64,000 nucleotides of DNA from an uncultured Pseudomonadales bacterium. Its GTDB lineage: Bacteria; Patescibacteriota; Microgenomatia; UBA1400; PJMF01. Positions 50,758 to 58,888 of the stretch are shown one piece after another. Numbering within the stretch: the first letter of the stretch is position 1; each line of letters starts with the position of its first letter. Position numbers and translations under genes: made by a program. The notes under the pieces are model-generated. The model saw only the letters and a program-made list of their open reading frames with translations, had not been told where the DNA came from and ran no database searches. Location: positions 78,152 to 142,151 of the forward strand of contig CAYPPX010000002.1 in NCBI GenBank assembly GCA_964412775.1. Reading direction: 5' to 3'.

Positions 50758-51423
50758 ATGCTACCAAAATTTAAAAATGAGAATTTACTGATTACTGCCC
50801 TATCTCACCGTAGTTCTCTAAATGAACCAACTTCTGGTACTACTGCCAAAGAATCTTATGAGAGATTGGAGTTTCTTGGAGATGCTGTCTTAGAATTAGC
50901 TACAACTGAATTTTTATTTAATGCTTATCCTACCGCCCCAGAAGGAACTTTAACTGCTTATCGTAGTTCTTTGGTAAAAACTACCACTTTGGCTACTGTA
51001 GCTAAAAATCTAGGTCTTGGTAAAAAAATGTTTATGAGTAAAGGTGAAGAAGCCACCGGTGGCCGCGAAAACGAAGGTTTACTAGCTGATGTGTTTGAGG
51101 CTGTGATTGGTGCTTTATATTTAGATCAAGGATATCAAGTGGTTCAGCGCTTTTTAACTGAACAGCTTTTCCCTCAATTTGCTGAAATTAAGGATAAAAA
51201 ACTTTACAAAGATAGTAAAAGCTTATTACAGGAGGTTGTTCAGGCCAAAGGTTTTCTTACCCCAATCTATGAGGTAATTGAAGAAGTGGGTCCAGATCAT
51301 GATAAGGTGTTTACAGTTCAGGTTAAGGTGAGTGATGAGATTGTGGGCAGTGGTTCTGGTAAAAGTAAACAACTTGCTCAACAAGAGGCTGCCAAGCAAG
51401 CTCTAACTCATTTTGCTGATTAA
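50758..51423 (+). CDS. rnc: Ribonuclease III
   Basis: Signature ERLEFLGDAVLELATTEFLF plus a C-terminal dsRBD. Confidence 0.9.
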   Translation: MLPKFKNENLLITALSHRSSLNEPTSGTTAKESYERLEFLGDAVLELATTEFLFNAYPTAPEGTLTAYRSSLVKTTTLATVAKNLGLGKKMFMSKGEEATGGRENEGLLADVFEAVIGALYLDQGYQVVQRFLTEQLFPQFAEIKDKKLYKDSKSLLQEVVQAKGFLTPIYEVIEEVGPDHDKVFTVQVKVSDEIVGSGSGKSKQLAQQEAAKQALTHFAD

Positions 51424-51433
51424 ATCTTTCTTC

Positions 51434-51462
51434 TTGAGAATTTTTAGAAAAAAGTGTACAAT
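51434..51462 (+). promoter_or_regulatory. Sigma70-type promoter for rpsP: ttgaga, 17 nt, tacaat
   Basis: -35 ttgaga at 51434-51439, a 17-nt spacer, -10 tacaat at 51457-51462. The same cttgaga-ttttta word occurs upstream of rpsB. Confidence 0.5.
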
Positions 51463-51557
51463 TCTCCCCTATGATCTTTGAGGGCAGGTGCTCAATTGTT
51501 CTTGAAGTCATAATGAGGCCGATATTAATTAGTATTAAAAAAAGAAAAAAATAATTT

Positions 51558-51980
51558 ATGTTAAAAATTAAATTAGCTCGTTTTGGTAAAAGAAGACAAC
51601 CACATTATCGTATCGTGGTCAATGAGGCCAAAGATAAAAGAGATGGTAGTTATGTTGCTCAAGTTGGTCGTTATGTGCCAACTGAATCTCCAAAAGTTTT
51701 GGAGTTCAACGTTGAGGAATATAAAGCTTGGGTAAAAAAAGGTGCTCAGCCTACTGAAACTGTGGCTGCTTTGTTTGCTCGTTTTGAATCTGGCAATCCT
51801 TTTCCAGCCAAGAAACCTCAACTTTCTCGTAAAGCTAAAGCCAAAGCCGAAGCAGCCCAAAAAGCTGCTGAGGAAGCTAAAAACCAACCAGCTGAAGTAG
51901 CAGCTCCAGTTGCTGAGTCAACTCCAGCTGAGGCTACTGTTGAAGCTCCTACTGAGGCATCCGAAGTAAAAGCTGAATAA
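51558..51980 (+). CDS. rpsP: 30S ribosomal protein S16 with an Ala/Glu/Lys-rich C-terminal extension
   Basis: MLKIKLARFGKRRQPHYRIVV; 140 aa against the usual 80 or so. Confidence 0.9.
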   Translation: MLKIKLARFGKRRQPHYRIVVNEAKDKRDGSYVAQVGRYVPTESPKVLEFNVEEYKAWVKKGAQPTETVAALFARFESGNPFPAKKPQLSRKAKAKAEAAQKAAEEAKNQPAEVAAPVAESTPAEATVEAPTEASEVKAE

Positions 51981-52001
51981 CAACTTCTAAAAAAGGAAGC
52001 T

Positions 52002-52232
52002 ATGAAAAACTTTGTCGAATACTTATTAGTCCGTTTGATTGATCATCCTGATGATTTGAAAGTGACTGAAGAAGAAACCGCAGAAGGTCTTAAAATCTTG
52101 GTGGCAGTTAATCCAGAAGATATGGGTCGGGTGATTGGTAAAGGTGGTAAAGTGATCAAGGCTGTTAGAAAACTAGTTCAGGTCAAAGCTGCTAGAGATG
52201 GTATTTTTGTTAGAGTTGAGATTGTTGAATAA
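52002..52232 (+). CDS. KH-domain RNA-binding protein (YlqC/UPF0109 family)
   Basis: GRVIGKGGKVIKAVRKLV KH motif; conserved position after rpsP. Confidence 0.75.
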   Translation: MKNFVEYLLVRLIDHPDDLKVTEEETAEGLKILVAVNPEDMGRVIGKGGKVIKAVRKLVQVKAARDGIFVRVEIVE

Positions 52233-52241
52233 ATAGTTTTT

Positions 52242-53075
52242 TTATTCGGTAAAGTTAAGTTCATCTTCGATTTGATTTTCTAAATCAACTACATCCAGTC
52301 CGTCTATGCCAAAGAGGTCGGTATTATTACCACCAATGATTTCTTTTTGATTCTCTATTTCTGGAGGTGTGAAATCTAGAATATCCTGAAAAATATCTTT
52401 TTCTTCTTGAGTAATATTGGGTAAAGCTGATGAGAGGGTAGCTGAAACTGATTTGGTGTAGTAGTAAGTATTTAGGGTCAGATCAGCTCTGGTAAGCTGT
52501 TGATTATCATTAATATTCACAGCTTTTCTATCAATAGTTAAATTAGTGATGGTAGTAATCGGTGAAACTCTTTCAATTAAGTTCATAAATTCTTTTACTT
52601 GGTCTAACCTACCAGTAATACTTAGTTCTAGGGTTAGTTGATCATATTCAGCTGTACTTTTTTTCTTAGGGGTGGTTTTTGCTTCAGTATCTGCTTCAGT
52701 GATGATTTCTCCTGGATTTATTTTAAAGTCAGTAATTGAAACATTAGTTTCACTAGCTACGGAGTTAAGGTTATTAAGTAACTCTAATAGAGGTTTGTGT
52801 GATGGCAATACATCACTCATTTTTTGAGCTTGAGCATATTCTGGGGTAAACTTTAAGGCCTGCAGTTCAGCTGTTTTTTTATCGAGTTGGTCAATCTTTT
52901 TCTGAGTAGTTTCCATTTTTTTTCTGGTTTCAGAAATACCAGTGATTTGAAAATACATCAGAATTAATAGCACGATACTGGTAAAACCAAACGCTATAGC
53001 TCTCACTAGACTTTTTCTAGTGCTCATCAGTAAAGATAGATTGAAGTTGCTATCTAGCTTATTTAGAACTGCCAC
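52242..53075 (-). CDS. PilO-like type IV pilus assembly protein
   Basis: Bitopic, with a coiled-coil after the TM helix; downstream of the pilM and pilN homologs. Confidence 0.5.
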   Translation of the reverse strand: MAVLNKLDSNFNLSLLMSTRKSLVRAIAFGFTSIVLLILMYFQITGISETRKKMETTQKKIDQLDKKTAELQALKFTPEYAQAQKMSDVLPSHKPLLELLNNLNSVASETNVSITDFKINPGEIITEADTEAKTTPKKKSTAEYDQLTLELSITGRLDQVKEFMNLIERVSPITTITNLTIDRKAVNINDNQQLTRADLTLNTYYYTKSVSATLSSALPNITQEEKDIFQDILDFTPPEIENQKEIIGGNNTDLFGIDGLDVVDLENQIEDELNFTE

Positions 53076-53637
53076 TGACTTCTCCTTGTTTTAGTAGTTC
53101 TACAGCGATATCAACGCTGTAAGTCCCATTATTCTCTCTTCTCAAACCACTTTTTTTGATCGAAGTAAAAGCTTGTTTGACATCTTCTAGGTCTAAAGTA
53201 TTAAGGAGTTTTTCTAGGGCAAAAATATTTTCTCCAGTCAATCTGAGTGAAAGTGAGTTTTCTGAGCCAGTAGTGCCACCATAGCTCATACCAGATAAAA
53301 ATACCTGACTACCAAAAAGGTTAGAAAAGTAATCGATGGCTTGCTGTTTGTTACTTCTGTTTTGGTAAAGGTCTTTGACAGTTTTTAGTTTATGAGAAAA
53401 TAACAAAAAAGTTAGCTCGGTACTCTCTTCTGAAGAAATTTGACTAGTTAGATTTTTTTCTCGTTGGTTGAGATCACTGAGTTGCTGAGAAAAGTAGAGG
53501 TTAAGACCAGTGGCTATCAAGAACAAAGAGATTACTCCAATAAAGACCCACATGCTGTACTTTTGGTAAATGGCATCTTTCTCCCCTACTTTAGTCAGGG
53601 TCAATCTTCTTTGGGTAAGAAAATTAATTTCGGTCAT
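53059..53637 (-). CDS. PilN-like type IV pilus assembly protein
   Basis: N-terminal INFL(T) motif (PilN INLLP-like) followed by a TM helix. Confidence 0.55.
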   Translation of the reverse strand: MTEINFLTQRRLTLTKVGEKDAIYQKYSMWVFIGVISLFLIATGLNLYFSQQLSDLNQREKNLTSQISSEESTELTFLLFSHKLKTVKDLYQNRSNKQQAIDYFSNLFGSQVFLSGMSYGGTTGSENSLSLRLTGENIFALEKLLNTLDLEDVKQAFTSIKKSGLRRENNGTYSVDIAVELLKQGEVSGSSK

Positions 53638-53639
53638 GA

Positions 53640-54647
53640 CTAAACTTCTCTCATTATCAGACCAGTACAGACAGCAAAGTTCTGTTGGTTTTCGGTTGGT
53701 ACTTCCCCGGTTGATGAAGCAAATGGGGCGGCAAATAAAATTTCAGCACCCAATGAACTTGATAAGTGTTCTACCAAACCTGGTAATTGAGATGATCCTC
53801 CAGTAATGACAATTCTAGACAGAGTGTTTTGAGGGAATTGACTGACAAAGTAGCGTTGAGCTTTTTGAATCTCGCTAATTAGGTTATTAATAACAGGTAA
53901 TAAAGCATTTCTTACTCGCCCCTCAAATTGGTTGGGATCAAGGCCATAAGATCGCTTGTATTGCTCTGCTTGTTGTAAATCAAGACCTAGAGTTTGTTGC
54001 AATGTTTTGGTCAACAATGCTCCAACCCCAGTATGGGTAAAAACAAACTGAATTTCTCCTTGGAAAACTACAGCCACATCCATATTGGTTGCTCCTAGAT
54101 TGAGTAACATGGTTGGCGGTTCACCGGCAGCAATATCCAGACCACGAAGAATTGAGAGAACTTGCGTTTCTAAGATAGTTGGCTCAATCCCCATCGAGAT
54201 AAACATATTAACGTAACGGTCGACCACCGATTTTCTGGTGCCAATCAATAACACTCTCATCTGAGTTTTCGTATCGTTTTTTTCTGGACGGTAAAGGACC
54301 TTATATTGTAAAGATAGATCTTCTTTTTGAATGGGGATATGTTGCTCTGCTTGCCAGTTAATTGCTGAAGCGAGTTCTGCATCAGTAAGTGGTGGAATCG
54401 AGATGATTTTTGAAGAAACCATGGCTTCTGGCAAACTAAGTCTTAAGTCATTGTGGGGTAATTTATTATCAAAAATAATATTATTAATTAGTTCACCAAC
54501 TTGTTCAACTTGAAGGTCATCATTAGGCAAGGCTACGCCATAAGGATTAACCACTTCGACCACTCGATGGATATTAGGTTGTCCTCCAGGATCACCAGTA
54601 ACGACCTTAACAGCATAGGTGCCGATATCAATAGTGGTAGCAGGCAT
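53640..54647 (-). CDS. pilM: PilM, actin-like pilus assembly ATPase
   Basis: IDIGTYAVKVV at the N-terminus, ASKH/actin fold; 335 aa. Confidence 0.7.
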   Translation of the reverse strand: MPATTIDIGTYAVKVVTGDPGGQPNIHRVVEVVNPYGVALPNDDLQVEQVGELINNIIFDNKLPHNDLRLSLPEAMVSSKIISIPPLTDAELASAINWQAEQHIPIQKEDLSLQYKVLYRPEKNDTKTQMRVLLIGTRKSVVDRYVNMFISMGIEPTILETQVLSILRGLDIAAGEPPTMLLNLGATNMDVAVVFQGEIQFVFTHTGVGALLTKTLQQTLGLDLQQAEQYKRSYGLDPNQFEGRVRNALLPVINNLISEIQKAQRYFVSQFPQNTLSRIVITGGSSQLPGLVEHLSSSLGAEILFAAPFASSTGEVPTENQQNFAVCTGLIMREV

Positions 54648-54650
54648 TTT

Positions 54651-55451
54651 TTAATTCTTAATAATTGAGCTTCCACTGACCAAGGCATATTCCATAAAAG
54701 CTGGGGCAGTAGATAGGGTTCTTTTTACTTCAAAGGTTCTAGTTTCTTGGTTGGCCAAAGTATTTTGGGCTTGTGAGTTAATCGTAAATTGACTGACGGC
54801 CGGAGAGCCAACAATCTTAATGTCAGTATCGTTATAAACTGGTTTAACTCTAACAAACTGGTCATCTGCAGTAGTAAATAAAGTATAAGCATATTTATAA
54901 GGAGCTGGTCCCGCATCATTAGCAATAAAATTATCGCCACGGGTACTAGCGCCACTACAATTACCTACTGCATAATGTTTAGCAGTAACTTGTGAGCCAT
55001 TATCAGCATAGATTGACAATAAAAGTGAAGCTGTATCAGTACAAGCTGCTTCTGTTGCCCAATAAAAGCTAATGCTACCGGCTGCTGGGACCTTTAATTC
55101 TGTACTGGTACCTTGTTTGAGGTGGGTTTCTAAAATGTTACTTTTGGTAATACTGTAGTTGATATCAGACGCTGAGTCAGAGATATCCAAATTAGCTAGT
55201 TCTTCTGAAAGTTCGTTAACTGTACCAGCAGATTCAGCTTGGTAAATATCGGCTAGAGCTGCTTCAATACCAGATTCTGCGGCATTAAAAACTCTAGTAG
55301 TATCTTCTTGTTGAATCGCAATCTGAGCTTGTTGAGATGTTCTAGCGGCTAAAGATAAACCCAAAGCCAAAATCACCACCATGATTAATAAAACAATCAA
55401 ACCAACTTGACCTTGATTACTATTTTTGAGCAAACGTAGATACTTTTTCAT
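54651..55451 (-). CDS. PilX-like minor pilin (PilX N-terminal domain)
   Basis: GQVGLIVLLIMVVILALGLSLAARTSQQAQIA...AAESGIEAAL resembles the PilX_N domain. Confidence 0.5.
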   Translation of the reverse strand: MKKYLRLLKNSNQGQVGLIVLLIMVVILALGLSLAARTSQQAQIAIQQEDTTRVFNAAESGIEAALADIYQAESAGTVNELSEELANLDISDSASDINYSITKSNILETHLKQGTSTELKVPAAGSISFYWATEAACTDTASLLLSIYADNGSQVTAKHYAVGNCSGASTRGDNFIANDAGPAPYKYAYTLFTTADDQFVRVKPVYNDTDIKIVGSPAVSQFTINSQAQNTLANQETRTFEVKRTLSTAPAFMEYALVSGSSIIKN

Positions 55452-55513
55452 TGCTATATCATGATACGGTTATTTTTCTCAAGACACAAGCACGAAAACT
55501 TTTTTTAGAATGG

Positions 55514-57517
55514 TCAATTATTTATAGGAATTTTTGTTTTATCTGTGGCAACAAACTTGATAATTGGTTGCCAAGTTGTTTGGTCAATTTTTTTATATAA
55601 CTGATGTGCAGTTTTAATTAACTCTAAGTTGGTCCAAGAGGCAAACTGGAGGTTATTAAAACCATGTTGTTGAAAGCCAAATAAATCACCTGCTCCTCTA
55701 TTTTGTAGATCTAGTTCAGCCAGTTTTAAGCCATTATTTTCTTTGGTAAAAAGTTGGAGTCTTTTACTAGTATTTTCATTTTTGGAGTTGCTAAAAAGTA
55801 AACAAAAACTTTCTTGTCCAGCTCGGCCGACTCTACCTCGCAACTGGTGTAAGCTAGCCAGGCCGAAGCGTTCAGCTGCTTCAACAACAATAATATTAGC
55901 CGCTGGTAGATCGACTCCAACTTCTACTACCGGAGTAGTTACAACAACATTTATTTTTTGGTCAAAGATCTCTTGAATAAGCTGCTGTTTTTCTTTGTTA
56001 TTAAGTTTGCCATGAAGCAAACCAACTTTTAGCTTTGGGGAGTGTTGCTGGTAAAAGTTTTTAATTTCTGTGAACATTTCTTTGGCAGCCGCTACACCAG
56101 CTAGTGTTTCACTACTAGATGGCTCAATAAATGGACAAACAATTAAAGCTTGACCAGAGGTTTTTTTGATTGTTTCAGCTATCCAAGTTAAAGAGTCTTG
56201 CTTTTTGTTTTGCCCCACTAACCAAGTTGTGGTTGGGATTCTACCTTTGGGCAGTTCACTAATTACACTTAGAGTGAGGTGAGAAAAAAGGGTTAACATT
56301 AAACTTCGGGGAATTGGGGTGGCTGATAAAGTCAAAATATGAGGTGTACCATGTTTTAAAACAGGAGTGGTTCGTTGTTTGACCCCAAAACGATGTTGCT
56401 CATCGTAGGCAATAAAAACAGGATTAATTGCTTCTAATTTATTAATCACCGCATGAGTACCAACATATAAAGTGGGTTCTGAACTAAGTTTGAAGGTTTT
56501 GGCTTCTTTGGTAGTGACCAGTTCAAGGTTTAAGTCTGGAAAAAGTTTTTGGAGAGACTTTACATGTTGTTGAGCCAGGATTTGGGTTGGGGCAACAATG
56601 ACGGCGTTTTTGTGATTGAGTTTGACTGCAGCTAGACAAGCCAAGCCGACAACGACGGTTTTACCAGAGCCAACATCACCAATCAGCAACCGGTTCATGG
56701 GAATATCATTTTGTAGATCACTCAAGATTTCTTTGACAGCAAGCTGCTGGTCAGTGGTAAGGTCAAAGGGTAATTTTTTGGTTAACCACTTAGTATAGTT
56801 TAAATCGTCCAACTTCAATGGTAATGAACTGTGACTATTTTTCCAGTTATCTTTAATTTTTTGAGAATGTTTAATTAAACCAATTAATTCTTCTAGAGCT
56901 AATCTTTCACGGGCTAGAGCCACATCATCATTCTCTTCTGGGAAATGTAGAATTCTAAGGGCTTGGTTGAGTTTAGGAAAATGGTGTTCAAGAGTATCTA
57001 TTCCCTCTGTTGTTTCTGCTAAGCGATCAGTAATTTCTTTGACAATTCTTCTAAAAGTACCAACCTTAACTTCACCCAGAGATGAGTAAAGAGGCACTAG
57101 TCTACCAGTGTGGATCAGTTCTGATTTAATTTTTTCGACTGTAGCTTGAACAAGCATGCGTCGTTCAGATAGTTTGCCAGAAAAAATCCATTCACTCCCT
57201 TTTTTAAGTTGAGTTTTTAAAAAGCGATTGTTAAACCAAATGGCTTGAATTTTTCCAGTAGTATCTTGAAGAGTGGCTCTGGTCATAATTCTTCTACCGC
57301 GGTAAGAAGTGGAAACACTCAGCACATGAGCTTTAAAGGTAGCTAATTCGTTAATTTGGAGTTGGTCGATGGTGACAATATTAGAACGATCTTCATAGCG
57401 AAAAGGCAATTTAAGTAGTAAATCAACAATCTGAAAGATCCCTTTAGTGGCTAGATCATCAGCCAAAGTTGGACCAATCCCCTTTACCACACTGATAGGC
57501 TCATGCAAACGATACAT
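55514..57517 (-). CDS. recG: ATP-dependent DNA helicase RecG
   Basis: N-terminal wedge domain, Walker A IGDVGSGKTVV, DEQHRFGV, and helicase C-terminal motifs QLRGRVGR. Confidence 0.85.
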   Translation of the reverse strand: MYRLHEPISVVKGIGPTLADDLATKGIFQIVDLLLKLPFRYEDRSNIVTIDQLQINELATFKAHVLSVSTSYRGRRIMTRATLQDTTGKIQAIWFNNRFLKTQLKKGSEWIFSGKLSERRMLVQATVEKIKSELIHTGRLVPLYSSLGEVKVGTFRRIVKEITDRLAETTEGIDTLEHHFPKLNQALRILHFPEENDDVALARERLALEELIGLIKHSQKIKDNWKNSHSSLPLKLDDLNYTKWLTKKLPFDLTTDQQLAVKEILSDLQNDIPMNRLLIGDVGSGKTVVVGLACLAAVKLNHKNAVIVAPTQILAQQHVKSLQKLFPDLNLELVTTKEAKTFKLSSEPTLYVGTHAVINKLEAINPVFIAYDEQHRFGVKQRTTPVLKHGTPHILTLSATPIPRSLMLTLFSHLTLSVISELPKGRIPTTTWLVGQNKKQDSLTWIAETIKKTSGQALIVCPFIEPSSSETLAGVAAAKEMFTEIKNFYQQHSPKLKVGLLHGKLNNKEKQQLIQEIFDQKINVVVTTPVVEVGVDLPAANIIVVEAAERFGLASLHQLRGRVGRAGQESFCLLFSNSKNENTSKRLQLFTKENNGLKLAELDLQNRGAGDLFGFQQHGFNNLQFASWTNLELIKTAHQLYKKIDQTTWQPIIKFVATDKTKIPINN

Positions 57518-57639
57518 TATTGTTAGTGTACACCTAAGAAAAACTGATCATGCTAATAATGCTCCCGATCACCATCCCAGCAATTGCCAAGATTGCAAAC
57601 ACTTTGATCACTTTTTCTCGTTGTTTTCTGGTCATATTT

Positions 57640-58833
57640 TTAGACTAATTTGTAAAATCTTTTTTTACCAATTTTTAAGCCATCAACAGTTTTTAAGTCA
57701 GGGACAGCGTTAGAGTTAGTTATTTTTTCTTCGGTTGGTAGTAAGGTTAAAGCGCCTTGTTCTACTAGTCTTCTCGATTGACTATTACTTTCGCCAGTTA
57801 GGAAGGACACGATTTCTGTGGCAGTTTTTTGAGCTAGGTCTGCTCTACTCACTGCTGTGGCAGTATCAACTTGTTTGTTTTGGACAGTATTTTCAAAGTT
57901 TTGTTGAGCCAGATCAGCAGCTTCAGCTGAGTGATACATTTTAGTGATTTCCCAAGCTAGTTGTTTTTTCCAGCTCATTGGATTGCCACCGTTTTTCATA
58001 TCAGCTGCCATGTTGCCGATTTCTTCTTGGTGAACATCAGTTAACAAAGTGAAGTACTCAACAATCATTTCGTCAGCGACGCTCATCAATTTGCCATACA
58101 TATCGTTTGGTTGTTCACTAAGTGAAACAAAGTTATTAAATGATTTGCTCATTTTTCTGCCATCAGTGCCATTAATGATTGGTGTAGTTAACACCCATTT
58201 TTCTTTATTGTTGTAGGCCTTTTGTAAAGTTCTACCCATCATCATATTAAAAGTTTGATCAGTGCCACCAATCTCTAAATCTACGTTCATTGCTACTGAA
58301 TCATAGCCTTGCATGAGTGGATAAATAACTTCATGGCCATGAATAGGCAAGCCTTTTTTGAGTCGTTCTTGGAACATATCTCTCTCTAGTAGTTGTTGAA
58401 TCGTAGTTTTAGCCATAATCTTGACCATTTCTGGAAAAGTAAGTTTATCTAGCCAATCGCCATTACGTTCAATTTTGATCAGGTCAAAGTTTAAGATCTT
58501 ACTTGCTTGAGTTTTCCAAGTAGAAAAATTTTCTTCAATTTGTTGATCAGTTAGAACAGGTCTAGATTCATCTCTACCCGTTGGGTCACCAATCTTAACT
58601 GTGCCATTGCCGATCAATAAGATTACCTCATGACCAAGTTGGGCAAACTGCTGAAGTTTTCTAAGAACAACCGAGTGACCCAAGTGAAGATTAGAGCCGG
58701 TTGGATCAATACCTAGATACAATTTAGTTTTACTTTTTTCTAATCTAGCTTGAAAACTAGCTTTACTAGGTAGAATCTCGGCAACACCACGAGAAATAAC
58801 TTCTTCAATTGGAAAATCTGTTTTTTTTAACAT
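57640..58833 (-). CDS. tyrS: Tyrosyl-tRNA synthetase
   Basis: HIGH (NLHLGHSV), KMSKS (GRKMSKSF) and a C-terminal S4-like domain. Confidence 0.75.
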   Translation of the reverse strand: MLKKTDFPIEEVISRGVAEILPSKASFQARLEKSKTKLYLGIDPTGSNLHLGHSVVLRKLQQFAQLGHEVILLIGNGTVKIGDPTGRDESRPVLTDQQIEENFSTWKTQASKILNFDLIKIERNGDWLDKLTFPEMVKIMAKTTIQQLLERDMFQERLKKGLPIHGHEVIYPLMQGYDSVAMNVDLEIGGTDQTFNMMMGRTLQKAYNNKEKWVLTTPIINGTDGRKMSKSFNNFVSLSEQPNDMYGKLMSVADEMIVEYFTLLTDVHQEEIGNMAADMKNGGNPMSWKKQLAWEITKMYHSAEAADLAQQNFENTVQNKQVDTATAVSRADLAQKTATEIVSFLTGESNSQSRRLVEQGALTLLPTEEKITNSNAVPDLKTVDGLKIGKKRFYKLV

Positions 58834-58888
58834 AGTTAACTTTCTTGGCTATGTTGCTATTCTATAACACCTTCTTGATTTGGTCAGG

